From: Candidatus Poribacteria bacterium
Lineage (GTDB): Bacteria > Poribacteria > WGA-4E > PCPOR2b
NCBI GenBank assembly: GCA_965218095.1
Contig: OZ244587.1
Span: 2,240,001-2,304,000, forward strand
Reading direction: 5' to 3'
Length of the DNA: 64,000 bases
Positions 51,117 through 61,155 of the stretch are shown piece after piece; position 1 is the first letter of the stretch, and every line of letters begins with the position of its first letter. The position numbers and the translations under genes are program-made. The notes under the pieces are model-generated. The model was not told where the DNA came from and did no database searches. It worked only from the letters and a program-made list of their open reading frames with translations.

Positions 51117-51281
51117 ATGTCTGAGCATCTTGAATACAAATACAAAAGACCGTTTCCGTGGGCGACTTTGATCGTTGGCATTAGTGTCTTAGCAATCTAT
51201 ACATTGGTCGGAACTCTGATCTACCTGATGTTCCGAACAGGTAATCGTCTACTGAGTGGTCTACAAACGTCAATGGCATGA
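51117..51281 (+). CDS. Possible small single-TM protein or remnant
   Basis: SD-like aagggg and a hydrophobic stretch WATLIVGISVLAIYTLVGTLIYLMF. Confidence 0.4.
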   Translation: MSEHLEYKYKRPFPWATLIVGISVLAIYTLVGTLIYLMFRTGNRLLSGLQTSMA

Positions 51282-51376
51282 GATCAGCCCAAGCGGATCG
51301 TACGTCAGCCAACGGAACCTATCTCATATCGGGGCATATAACACCCCAATTTCAAAAAGAATCATTGAGGAGCGCT

Positions 51377-52342
51377 ATGAAACCGAAAGTATGGACGGAA
51401 GTGGAATTACATCCGGAAGCCTTGGCTCGACTACAGATCGAGACCGAAGTCATCACAAACGGTACACCGGATAATCTGGAGGGCGCCGATGCAGCCGTAA
51501 TCGGCCGCAGTCACGTTGACGGCGCGTTTCTCGATTATGCCGGGCCGAACCTGAAGCTGGTCATCCGGCATGGGATCGGCTACAACGCGGTTGATGTGCC
51601 GGCCGCTACCGAGCGGGGAATTCTTGCGGCAAACACACCCGATGGCCCCACGGAAAGCGCGGCTGAACATGCCGTTGCTCTCCTGCTGGCGATCGCCAAG
51701 CGCGTTGCTAAATCCGATTGGGTCTTGCGTACCAACCAACCATGGACGCGCCCCGACTTGCGCGGCACCGAGGTGCTTGGCCAACTGTTGGGCGTCGTCG
51801 GCTACGGACGTATCGGCCGTCGCGTCACCGAAATCTGCATGCTGGGACTGAAAATGCGGGTGATCGTCTATGACCCGTACCTGACCAAAGCGCCGGAAAT
51901 GCCCGAAGGCGTCAAAATGGTGGACAATCTGGATGAGTTGTTATCACAGGCGGACTTTGTCACCCTCCACACGCCCTTATCGCCGGATACTCACCACCTA
52001 ATCGGCGAACGCGAACTCCGACTGATGAAACCTGACTCGTATCTGATCAATGCCAGTCGCGGCCCAGTTGTGGACGAGGTGGCTTTGATTCGTGCCCTTG
52101 AGGATAGGCGCCTGGCCGGCGCCGGCTTGGATGTGTTCGAGATCGAGCCGCCGGAGCCAGACAACCCGTTGCTGCGTATGGCCAACGTGGTTGCCACGCC
52201 CCACGTTGCCAGCAACACGCCCCAAGGGAGTTGGCGCATGTCCCAGAGTGTTGTGGACCAGGTCCTGCAAGTATTGGCCGGTAAACGCCCACCACATCTC
52301 CTTGATTCGACTGCCTGGCCAGGTCGGGTTGGGGCGTCATAA
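51377..52342 (+). CDS. D-2-hydroxyacid dehydrogenase (SerA-like)
   Basis: GVVGYGRIG, LINASRG, AGLDVFE.EP, TPHVA. Confidence 0.93.
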   Translation: MKPKVWTEVELHPEALARLQIETEVITNGTPDNLEGADAAVIGRSHVDGAFLDYAGPNLKLVIRHGIGYNAVDVPAATERGILAANTPDGPTESAAEHAVALLLAIAKRVAKSDWVLRTNQPWTRPDLRGTEVLGQLLGVVGYGRIGRRVTEICMLGLKMRVIVYDPYLTKAPEMPEGVKMVDNLDELLSQADFVTLHTPLSPDTHHLIGERELRLMKPDSYLINASRGPVVDEVALIRALEDRRLAGAGLDVFEIEPPEPDNPLLRMANVVATPHVASNTPQGSWRMSQSVVDQVLQVLAGKRPPHLLDSTAWPGRVGAS

Positions 52343-52359
52343 CAACGTAGCAAGATACA

Positions 52360-52529
52360 TAAAGGACAAGAACTATAATCGACAGAACCTGAGCGAGATT
52401 CAGATGGGCGTTGTGTTGCTGGAAGTTCAAAGCAATCGCTACGAGAATTTGGCACCACTGATGGATCAAGTGAATGCCGTTAGACTAACGGTTGACGATT
52501 CGATTAAACCAACGATTATCCAAGCCTAG
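52360..52529 (+). pseudogene. C-terminal remnant of a DUF5615 PIN-like toxin
   Basis: DKNYNRQNLSEIQMGVVLLEVQSNRYENLAPLM resembles the DUF5615 C-half; no start codon. Confidence 0.5.
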
Positions 52530-52759
52530 GTGTAAAGATGGTAGAGATCCAACCAATTTTCGTGTTGACGAAGAGTCTTAATACCGTATCATACAGTCGA
52601 GATGTACTTTCCATCTGACCTCCATCGTCAAGTTTACATCATATTTTTCCTGTAATGGAAAGTCGCATCCCTCCTTTTGTTGCCTATGCTGAAGTGATTT
52701 TTGTCAGTCAATCAGGTAGGTGCCGCTAGAGAATTCACATCGTCTACTAAGGAGTTGCC

Positions 52760-53533
52760 ATGTACCGTTTATCTGTGTGTGCAGGCACGGTCCTGCAAAA
52801 CATGCCTTTTGAGCAGCGCGTCACAGAAATTGCCCGGGCAGGGTTTCTGGTCGATCTATGGAGTTGGGAAGAGAGCGCCATTGATACCATTGCTGCCGAT
52901 CCCAATATCGAAATCAGTGCTATCCCGGGTTGGATCGGCGGGAGCATGGTTCATCCCGATGGCGTCGAGTCGTATCTGGAGGGGGTTGCGAAGAATCTCG
53001 ACATCGCTCAAAAGCTGAAGTGCCGGAATCTGGGTATCACGACCGGCGCGCTTGACGAAAGAGGTCAGATGGCCCATCCTGTTGCGGAACATCCGGCCAC
53101 CCGGTGGATCACCGCTTACAAGGCGCTTTGCCAGGTGGCAGAGCTAGCCGAAAAGCACAATGTTGTATACCACTTGGAGCAACTGAATACGAAGGTGGAT
53201 CACGCTGGATATCCGTTTCCAAACACGGCGGATGTCGTAAAACTGCTCGATGAGGTGGACAGCCCGCGTATTAAGCTGCTTTGCGATGTCTATCACATCC
53301 AGATCCAGGAGGGCAATGTCATCCAAACGATTCGAGACTATTACGACAGCATCGGCAATATCCACGTGGCTGATGTGCCGGGCCGCCATGAACCGGGCAC
53401 AGGCGAGATTAACTATCGGGAAGTTGTCCGTGTCCTACGAGAACTGAACTACGAGGGCATCATTGGCCTGGAAGCATTCCCCCAAAACGACGATGCCCAG
53501 GCCATGGCCCGCTTTCGGGACACCTTTTCATGA
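52760..53533 (+). CDS. Hydroxypyruvate isomerase family TIM barrel
   Basis: LEQLN..DH.GY, DVYHIQIQEG, HVADVPGRHEPGTGEIN. Confidence 0.9.
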   Translation: MYRLSVCAGTVLQNMPFEQRVTEIARAGFLVDLWSWEESAIDTIAADPNIEISAIPGWIGGSMVHPDGVESYLEGVAKNLDIAQKLKCRNLGITTGALDERGQMAHPVAEHPATRWITAYKALCQVAELAEKHNVVYHLEQLNTKVDHAGYPFPNTADVVKLLDEVDSPRIKLLCDVYHIQIQEGNVIQTIRDYYDSIGNIHVADVPGRHEPGTGEINYREVVRVLRELNYEGIIGLEAFPQNDDAQAMARFRDTFS

Positions 53534-53587
53534 TCCGGTTGTCATCCAGGGATGGGGTATTCCGGTCGACTTTTGAAGGAGGCTTAT

Positions 53588-54583
53588 ATGAAACTTGGTG
53601 TAATCTCGCAGAACCTGATGCAGTTTGAATTTGAGGAAGGGCTCCAATATGCGCAAAATCTGGGGCTAAATGCGGTGGAAGTCGGCGCGCTGGGACTTTG
53701 GGGCCGAGGCTATTGCAACGTTGAAAAACTCGTCGCGGACCCGGGTGAGATACGCCGGTGGCTGGATGCGTTTGCCCGCTACGAGCTTGAGATCAGCGCC
53801 CTCGGTGGCCACGGCGCACCACTGATGCCGGACAAAGCAGTCACCGACAAATACTCGCAGGAGTTTCGACAAACCTGCAAGCTCATGGAAATGGCTGGCC
53901 TCCGGCGCATGACCACCCTTGCCGGCCTACCCGAAGGCGCCGAGGGAGACAAGAGTCCGAACTGGGTGACGTTTGCCGATTTGCCTTTCCTGCACGAAAC
54001 GCTCCAGTGGCAATGGGAGCAGCGCTTGCTGCCCTATTGGCGTGAACATGGGAAGATTGCCGCAGATCACGGCGTCACTTTATGCTTCGAAATGCACGGC
54101 GGTGACTTGATTCACAATCCGGTCACACTCATGCGGTTTCGAGAGGAAATTGGACCGGTCGTCGCCTGTAATCTCGATGTGTCACACTTGTGGTTCCAAG
54201 GCATCGACCCGGTCGAAGCGGTCCGGTTTCTCGGTGACGCCATCCAGCACGTGCACGCCAAGGACACGCATATTCACCCCCACAACCTTTGCCTACGCGG
54301 ATACCACGACTCCTCATCTGCGACGCAGAACGACCAGCGCCCCTGGACGTTCACAATCCCCGGATGGGGGCACGACGCAACGGAATGGCGTGCCTTCGTC
54401 ACGGCGCTGCGCTTGGCAGACTACGACCATGTGCTGTCGATTGAAATGGAGTGTGAATACATCAACGTCGAGGAGGGTCTTGAGAAATCCGTCGAATTCC
54501 TCAAGCCGATTGTGCTTGAGAAACCACCCGGCGCAAAATGGTGGGAGATCGCCGGCATGAGCGACGCTGGCAGTTTGTATTGA
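53588..54583 (+). CDS. Sugar phosphate isomerase/epimerase (AP-endonuclease-2 barrel)
   Basis: FEMH, D.SHL.FQGIDP, HVHAKD, LSIE.E. Confidence 0.9.
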   Translation: MKLGVISQNLMQFEFEEGLQYAQNLGLNAVEVGALGLWGRGYCNVEKLVADPGEIRRWLDAFARYELEISALGGHGAPLMPDKAVTDKYSQEFRQTCKLMEMAGLRRMTTLAGLPEGAEGDKSPNWVTFADLPFLHETLQWQWEQRLLPYWREHGKIAADHGVTLCFEMHGGDLIHNPVTLMRFREEIGPVVACNLDVSHLWFQGIDPVEAVRFLGDAIQHVHAKDTHIHPHNLCLRGYHDSSSATQNDQRPWTFTIPGWGHDATEWRAFVTALRLADYDHVLSIEMECEYINVEEGLEKSVEFLKPIVLEKPPGAKWWEIAGMSDAGSLY

Positions 54584-54625
54584 CCCGGGTTGGATGAAGT
54601 GCAAATAAACACCTGAAAACTTAGT

Positions 54626-54714
54626 GGTTCACCAGTCCGGGTTGATAGACCTGATAGGTTTTTGCAACCTGTCAGATTTGGGGTCACCCCCTGTATGAAT
54701 TTAAGAAATAGACC
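54626..54714. mobile_element. Degenerate copy of the 32127-32227 MITE/REP element
   Basis: agacctgataggttt..aacctgtcagat core followed by ccctgtatgaatttaagaaatagacc. Confidence 0.55.
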
Positions 54715-54757
54715 TCTTAGAAACTATCAAAACTCTAATCTGAAGGAGGACATCTAC

Positions 54758-55471
54758 ATGAATATCGAACTTGAATGGGTATTTCTGGCGTGTTTCCGTC
54801 TGTGGCAGGACGGACGTCCTTATTTGGTGACCGACCCGGGAACGCCGTCGGTCCTGGGCATCGGCCGCGACGAGCCACAATTGGAAGGTGAAGTGGTGAT
54901 CGCCAGTTCGCTGATCGACAAAGGACATTACTTTCCCGGTCTCGTGTACAGCAATCCCCAGGTAATCAACGCCTGGGACGTCGCCCGAGGTCAAGCCGAA
55001 GCGGAGATCAACGGCAAACCGATCGTCGCCGTCGAGGCAGCGGAGGCTCCCGAGCACCCAGAAGGCGCCGATCCCAATGCGTTGTACGCTTTTGAGGCCG
55101 GTGACCTCTGGTTCCTGCACATGGGCGATCTCGGCTACGGCTTAGACGCTGACCAGCTCAAGCCTTTCAGCGGCAAGTGTGACGTCCTGCTGGCCATCAC
55201 AGGTGAAAAGTTAACCCTGAAACTCGATGAACTCGATGCCATGATCGACATTCTCCAACCCAAATGGATCATCCCTATGCACTACAACGTTCCGCCCATC
55301 GATTTCGGGCTAACAACGCTTGACGTTTTTCTCAGGCGCCGTCCCCGCGATCCGGTAGTCATTACCCGGCGACACACGGTGCAGTTTCCACTGCCGCAGG
55401 TGAAAGCCGATCGGCCAACCATTGTCGTGCTGGAACCGTCAGGGTACTCGCCGACGAGTTCCAGCATTTGA
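54758..55471 (+). CDS. MBL-fold (Lactamase_B_3-like) protein with a degenerate metal motif
   Basis: VTDP, LHMGDLG, PKWIIPMHY; HxHxDH is replaced by SSLIDKGH. Confidence 0.75.
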   Translation: MNIELEWVFLACFRLWQDGRPYLVTDPGTPSVLGIGRDEPQLEGEVVIASSLIDKGHYFPGLVYSNPQVINAWDVARGQAEAEINGKPIVAVEAAEAPEHPEGADPNALYAFEAGDLWFLHMGDLGYGLDADQLKPFSGKCDVLLAITGEKLTLKLDELDAMIDILQPKWIIPMHYNVPPIDFGLTTLDVFLRRRPRDPVVITRRHTVQFPLPQVKADRPTIVVLEPSGYSPTSSSI

Positions 55472-55813
55472 ACTGATAGCGAGTAAGACGTTCTATTGCC
55501 CTGTTACCCTGAACCCTTCACTAGCGGAAGGCGGCAAGATGGGCGCTATAGGAGAACACTCGCCCGGACAGGCGGAAATCTGCTATCGACTCAACGTGAA
55601 ATTGCAGCAGAGGATAGACCGACGTATTCGCGATGCCAGGGCGGACGAAAGGATTTTCTTCCTTCCCACTGGTCGAGGCCCTGGCCAATCGCGGCGCCGA
55701 TTTCCAAAAAGGCTTGAGCGAACATACGCGCCAAATCGAGTGGAAGGCATGGGAACATTCCAAAGCCTGAGGTATCGACTTGATGAGCCAACTCAATGAG
55801 GAGGGGTACACCT

Positions 55814-56431
55814 ATGAGGGTTAACACGCAAGAAATCATGGACAAAGGCTACATCATCCTCCAGCAAGTGATTCCGCTAGACATACTGGAGGAGTTGCGC
55901 CGGAGCTTTGAGGAGTTGGTCCACCGGGAGTGGCCGGATGGGCTGTCTGATGGGCACCAACAGCCGCGCATCCATGGTTTCCAGAAACATATCAATGAGG
56001 TCACGGCTAGCACGGTGGAATTCTGTTTGCACGAGAACACACTGGATGTGTGCCGTCAACTATTGCGGGCACAGGAATGCGACGCCGTCGAAGCCGTGTT
56101 TCGCGCTATCATCAACAAGGACGAAGACGGCTTTCGCGAAGGGCTGGCCACACTGCATCCGGGCGCAACCGGACGTTGCGTGTGTTTGATTCATCTGTGC
56201 AAGATCGCCCAGCGCGTGCAGCAGGGCAATGACCGGGAATACAGCCCGCGCTTCAACCCGGAGGAGATCCAGATGCTGTGGAAACGCTTTGCACCTCTTG
56301 ACGAAGCGCTCCAGGCAGACGAAGAACAGTACATACCCGGTTTCCTGGCTCGCAGTCCAAGCCGTTACCGGTTTTACGATTTACCCAAGGATTTTGACAT
56401 TGACCCGTTCGTTGCCAGTTGGGAAAACTGA
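55814..56431 (+). pseudogene. PhyH-like protein with the catalytic core deleted in frame
   Basis: The N-terminal GYIILQQVIP..EFCLHENTLDVCRQLL joins directly to a C-terminal helical part. No HxD..H. Confidence 0.6.
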
Positions 56432-56446
56432 GATAGGGAGAACATT

Positions 56447-57391
56447 ATGAGTCACTACGACGACGTACGCAACCGAATTCACCGTCAGATGGTACCCTTG
56501 CCTATTCTGTATCGCGACGATTATTCGATCGACCATGCCGGGCTGGCCAAATATGTCGCCTGGCACATGGAGAACGACACCAGAAATTTTTGTTTGACGT
56601 TCACCTACAGCCAGCTCGATTTTATCACGCCTCAAGAGATTGTAGACGTGACGCGCACGGTGATGGAGGTCGTGCGCGACGACGCGGTATTCATCCCCTG
56701 CACGGGTGGCGGACCATTGCATGTGGCGATCGAGACGGTGCAGGCATTCGAGAAGATCGGGGCGCCAGCAGCGTTTGTGCATCTGCCGGAACACTGTCTG
56801 CAAAACGCCTTTCAGTGCGGTGAGCTCTACGTGAAATACATCCGCGACGTGGCCAGAGAAACCACAATCCCCCTCCTTGCGGTGGCTCTGGGAATACCCG
56901 GGACGACCCCTCGGCAGACCATGTTGCCCGTGAAGTTCCTCGAAGACCTCTGCGAAGAGGAACAATTCATCGGCATCAAGGACGACATCTACATTCTGGC
57001 CAATCGCCTAGAACTGGTGCAAAAATTATCCGGACGCGTGGGCATCACCGGCGGTGGTATGTTCACCCACTACATCTTCTTCCACCACTGGCCCAACCAA
57101 GGTGAATTCGCCGGGATCTACAATCCCAAACGTGGCCAGCGCATGTTCGAATTGCTCGACGAAAACAACTACCTGGAAGTCCTCAAGATGATAGAGGAGG
57201 ACGGACAGAGCGGCTCCTCACTGCCGGGCATCCACTGGATGGCGAAAAATCAGGTCGTGTTTTACGGGATGGGTTTTGCCGAGACGTATCGCATGCGACC
57301 TCCGATTGCCTCGGCCACCGAAGAACAGGCCAGGGCCATCATTGAATACATGCACCAGGCGCCGACACTTTTTGAGCGTGTCGCCCGATGA
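56447..57391 (+). CDS. DHDPS/NAL family aldolase
   Basis: DDYSIDHAGL and a Schiff-base Lys in FIGIKDD. Confidence 0.8.
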   Translation: MSHYDDVRNRIHRQMVPLPILYRDDYSIDHAGLAKYVAWHMENDTRNFCLTFTYSQLDFITPQEIVDVTRTVMEVVRDDAVFIPCTGGGPLHVAIETVQAFEKIGAPAAFVHLPEHCLQNAFQCGELYVKYIRDVARETTIPLLAVALGIPGTTPRQTMLPVKFLEDLCEEEQFIGIKDDIYILANRLELVQKLSGRVGITGGGMFTHYIFFHHWPNQGEFAGIYNPKRGQRMFELLDENNYLEVLKMIEEDGQSGSSLPGIHWMAKNQVVFYGMGFAETYRMRPPIASATEEQARAIIEYMHQAPTLFERVAR

Positions 57392-57462
57392 ATGGGAACC
57401 AGTAAAATACCAGCACGAGGGGCTCAATAATCTTCAAATCGCTGGAAACCAACAACGCAGCA

Positions 57463-57838
57463 TTATGCTATTGCTTGCCGAATCGCTTCCCGAAACGCTG
57501 CCAGCATGACAGGTTTTTCCACAATGACCGTGACGTCTGATGGTTTCTCATGAAGCGGGGTTGCCGTCACCATGATAATTGGGATATCAGGAAACCTCTG
57601 CTAGATAGTGGCTGACAATTGTTCGCTGTCCATTCCGGGCATGTACCTGTCTGTGACCACCGTATCGAACTTCCCCACTTTGAATGTCTCAAATCCGTCA
57701 CGACCGTTGGTCGTGGTCTCGACCGTATGCTTATCGTGGGTTAAGAATGCCGCCATGAGCGCCTGGACGATGGGGTCGTCATTGACAATCAGAAGATGCA
57801 GTGAATGGAAAAGGTCTTTCTTTCACTTGCTTGCCCAC
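57463..57838 (-). pseudogene. CheY-like response regulator receiver pseudogene
   Basis: LLIVNDDP..VVTDRYMPGMD..TI*QRFPDIPIIMVTA..EKP, with a TAG at 57601-57603 and a frameshift near 57810. Confidence 0.85.
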
Positions 57839-58280
57839 GTCAAATCACCTCCGTCTCTCGAATCTTTCTTGAGGAGCGGTCTCAGGGGGCAGACATGCTA
57901 CATCTATGAGAGGGGCAAGTTTTATACCGGAGATGAACTCAGGCAGGCAAGCCGCCGGAAAGGGCATACACAAAGGGAATAGCACAGAGGTGGCAAGCGA
58001 CCAGTCGGGCGGGACCGTTTGGTTGCATAATGCGCTCTACAAGTCGGTACAGGGACGTAATGGATGCACACACCCGGATTTGAGAAGGGTGAAAGCCGTG
58101 TATCATTTTGTGTCCACTTATCAACCCCGGAGTTACATGTCCAAACGGGCAATTCCAATAACGAGACTGCTCGGAGAACCGTCCATGCAGCACGTATTCA
58201 GGCTACACATGAATCTATCATAGGCTATTGACCGTTTCAAGAAAAACACAAGCTGCTTTGCGACACAAAGCTGCACCAAC

Positions 58281-58316
58281 AAAAAAAGCCCCTTCCATAC
58301 AAAAATGAAAAGGGCT
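58281..58316 (-). terminator. Intrinsic terminator of the tRNA-Lys/Glu operon
   Basis: agcccttttcat..atggaaggggct followed by a U-run. Confidence 0.7.
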
Positions 58317-58324
58317 AACATGAG

Positions 58325-58399
58325 TGTCCCCGACGGGATTTGAACCCGTGTCGCTGGCGTGAAAGGCCAGTGTCCTTGACCAGGCTAGACGACGGGGAC
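58325..58399 (-). tRNA. tRNA-Glu(TTC)
   Basis: GTCCCCG acceptor stem, ctggc-ctTTCac-gccag anticodon arm, GGTTCAAATCC. Confidence 0.95.
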
Positions 58400-58402
58400 A
58401 AG

Positions 58403-58478
58403 TGGTGAGCCGTACAGGAATCGAACCTGTGACCACCTGATTAAAAGTCAGATGCTCTACCTGCTGAGCTAACGGCCC
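58403..58478 (-). tRNA. tRNA-Lys(TTT)
   Basis: GGGCCGTTAGCTCAG.., tctga-ctTTTaa-tcagg anticodon arm; CCA encoded. Confidence 0.95.
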
Positions 58479-58512
58479 TCATGGCTATAAACCTTAACCA
58501 AAAAGAGGGTAA

Positions 58513-58541
58513 ATAATACTGAATTTGTCGGCAAATGTCAA
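58513..58541 (-). promoter_or_regulatory. sigma70 promoter of the tRNA operon
   Basis: TTGACA-17-TATTAT. Confidence 0.7.
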
Positions 58542-58740
58542 CCTGAAAACATTGAAATTTCCCCACGCATAAGAAATCAGGTCGAAATAACTTTCTGAAG
58601 GTTGATGGCGCCGCGTCAATTTTCGGTCAGACTCGTTGACAAACTTTCTGAAGGTTTCTTACCCTGCTCTAGTTTTACTGAAAACACACATCAACAAAAG
58701 ACAAAAATTCCATCAACAAAGTCAGCCCGATCAAAACAGG

Positions 58741-58796
58741 CTATCATCGCAGACTATCATCGCAGACTATCATCGCAGACTATCATCGCAGACTAT
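58741..58796. repeat. 13-bp tandem repeat x4.3 overlapping the purA stop
   Basis: (ctatcatcgcaga)4 followed by ctat. Confidence 0.92.
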
Positions 58797-60053
58797 TGTT
58801 TGCGCCCTCTCTTTTCCAACAGAGACAATCGCAACAGGCACATTGAGAAATTCAGCGATGTAAGCGATATATCGCTTTGCGTTTGTGGGCAGCTCTTCGT
58901 ATCGACGCACATCTGCGGTAGACTGTTTCCAGCCGGGCAGCGTTTGGTATATCGGCTCACACTCCTCAAGCACGCGCAGACTACTTGGAAACGCCGTGAT
59001 GGCTTTACCACGCCGCTGATAGGCAACGCAGATCTGAATCTCATCAAGGCGATCTAAGACATCGAATTTCGTCAAAACGAGACCGGTGAAGCCGTTGATT
59101 TGGGCAGCGTAGCACAGGGCGACAAGGTCAAGCCACCCACAGCGGCGTGCGCGTTGTGTTGTTGCACCGTACTCCTCACCGATGCGACGAATCTCTTCAT
59201 CCAGATCTGGTGGCATTTCTGTTGGGAATGGGCCACCCCCAACGCGGGTCACATAAGCTTTTGAAACACCCAGAACCCAATCTATTGCTTGGGGCCCAAT
59301 ACCAAGCCCTGTACACACGGCTCCAACAGTGGTGTTGGACGAAGTGACGTAAGGATATGTCCCGAAATCAATGTCTAGCATCGTTCCCTGGGCGCCTTCA
59401 AAAAGCATCCGCTTCCCCGCTTTGAGCGCATCATTTAGAAATTCAGGGGTATCGACGGCATACTTTGCGAGTCGCTGAGAATATCCGTAATATTCCTCCA
59501 ATAAGGCGTGTCTATCGATTTCGCCGCCAATTTGATCGAGGACATAATCCTTTGCTGCAAGATTGAAGTCCAGTTTCTTCTGAAAGAGATCGAACTCAAG
59601 CAGATCTGCAACCCGTATCCCCGCATGGCGATTCATCTTATCGGAATACGTCGGACCAATTCCCCGCGAGGTTGTGCCAAGTTTCAACCCACTCCCGAAG
59701 TCGTCCCACGATTCCATGATCTTGTGATAAGGCAAAATTAAGTGCGCACGCGAGCTAATCTTCAGACGGTCTCCAACTTCGACGCCACGCGCCTGCAAAT
59801 CATCGATTTCGTCGAAAAGCGTCTCCAAATTGATGACTACACCGTTGCCAATCACATTCACCGTATGAGGACGGAGCAGGCCAGAAGGGAGCAAATGGAA
59901 GACGAACTTCTCCTCTCCGACAACGATAGTATGGCCCGCGTTATCGCCTCCCTGATACCGTGCAACAATATTAGCTGTCTCAGCAAGGAAATCAGTTGTC
60001 CCTCCCTTGCTTTCATCACCCCACTGGGCGCCCAATATGACCGTATTCGCCAT
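58770..60053 (-). CDS. purA: Adenylosuccinate synthetase
   Basis: GAQWGDESKG, GGDNAGHT, EGAQG.MLDIDFGTYPYVTSS, RRCGWLD. Confidence 0.97.
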   Translation of the reverse strand: MANTVILGAQWGDESKGGTTDFLAETANIVARYQGGDNAGHTIVVGEEKFVFHLLPSGLLRPHTVNVIGNGVVINLETLFDEIDDLQARGVEVGDRLKISSRAHLILPYHKIMESWDDFGSGLKLGTTSRGIGPTYSDKMNRHAGIRVADLLEFDLFQKKLDFNLAAKDYVLDQIGGEIDRHALLEEYYGYSQRLAKYAVDTPEFLNDALKAGKRMLFEGAQGTMLDIDFGTYPYVTSSNTTVGAVCTGLGIGPQAIDWVLGVSKAYVTRVGGGPFPTEMPPDLDEEIRRIGEEYGATTQRARRCGWLDLVALCYAAQINGFTGLVLTKFDVLDRLDEIQICVAYQRRGKAITAFPSSLRVLEECEPIYQTLPGWKQSTADVRRYEELPTNAKRYIAYIAEFLNVPVAIVSVGKERAQTIVCDDSLR

Positions 60054-60100
60054 GGCTCATATCCTCAAATGAAGTCCGATCTTCGATCGAGGTTGGCTCT

Positions 60101-60496
60101 CTAACGCTTGGAAAATTGGTATCGTGCCCGTGCGCCTTTTTGTCCATATTTTTTGCGTTCAACCATACGCGGGTCACGAGTGAGAAACCCTGCTTTTTTA
60201 AGAGCAGGTTTCAAAGATTCATCCGCCTTAACAAGGGCGCGTGAAAGGCCGTGCAAAATTGCTCCAGCTTGCCCTGAAACCCCGCCGCCATGTGCGTTGA
60301 CGATAACATCAAACTCGCTGCCTTTTTTCGTTAACTCGGTGGGTTGTTTTGCGAGCATGATCAGATCTTCCCGACCAAAATACTCTTCAATCGGTTTTTT
60401 GTTGACGACGAATTGACCAGAGCCTCCTGGAATTATTCGGACACGCGCAACGGCATTTTTACGCCGTCCTGTTCCCCAATACTGTTCTATAGTCAT
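60101..60496 (-). CDS. rpsI: 30S ribosomal protein S9
   Basis: [32 protein letters not shown]. Confidence 0.98.
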   Translation of the reverse strand: MTIEQYWGTGRRKNAVARVRIIPGGSGQFVVNKKPIEEYFGREDLIMLAKQPTELTKKGSEFDVIVNAHGGGVSGQAGAILHGLSRALVKADESLKPALKKAGFLTRDPRMVERKKYGQKGARARYQFSKR

Positions 60497-60513
60497 ACTT
60501 TCTCCTTTTGAAA

Positions 60514-60948
60514 TTATATTTCCAAAATTTCCGGTCGCTGCGCCTGGTGAGGGTGGTTTGGACCAACATAGATTTTTAGCTTTTTGATCAGTTTACGACC
60601 CAGGCGATTTTTGGGGAGCATCCCTTTGACTGCATGTCGCAAGATTTCTTCAGGTTTTCTCTGCATCTGCTCTTCAAAAGTCCTCACCTTCCCCCCACCG
60701 GGGTAACCGCTATAACGAAAGTATGTTTTTTGTGTTGCTTTGTTGCCTGTGACGACGACCTTTTCCGCATTAATCACAGCAACGCGATAACCCATATCAG
60801 CATGTGAAGTAAAAGTTGGGTGATGTTTCCCTCGAAGCACCATCGCAATTTGAGTGGCTAAACGTCCGAGGACCTTCCCATTGGCATCCACAACATACCA
60901 TTTGAAGTCCCTATCGGATCCGACAAAAGATGTTTTCATTCTAAGCAT
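60514..60948 (-). CDS. rplM: 50S ribosomal protein L13
   Basis: [30 protein letters not shown]. Confidence 0.97.
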   Translation of the reverse strand: MLRMKTSFVGSDRDFKWYVVDANGKVLGRLATQIAMVLRGKHHPTFTSHADMGYRVAVINAEKVVVTGNKATQKTYFRYSGYPGGGKVRTFEEQMQRKPEEILRHAVKGMLPKNRLGRKLIKKLKIYVGPNHPHQAQRPEILEI

Positions 60949-61155
60949 GATATAACCCTCAACAACTTCCTGCCACATCGTGGCGGGGGATTTTCGACAA
61001 GTAACTATAATCTCAGGATTGCTCATCCTGCAATGGCAGATGTGCAACAAAGATTGCTATAACGCTGACACCAGGCACAACAGCTTGAAATAGTATCATT
61101 AAGGCAATTACTTTGTCAAGGTTTGATTCCTTACAAATTCAAAAAAGTATTCATT

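Noticed and set aside
55480-55800. 125-aa ORF 55422-55799
   Set aside because: No family is recognisable. It is probably a frameshifted relic and cannot be supported.
57850-58270. Short ORFs or an ncRNA downstream of the tRNAs; possible tRNA-anchored island
   Set aside because: No recognisable motif, integrase or duplicated tRNA 3' end was found by eye.
58741-58796. Mini-CRISPR
   Set aside because: Head-to-tail 13-mers with no spacers.
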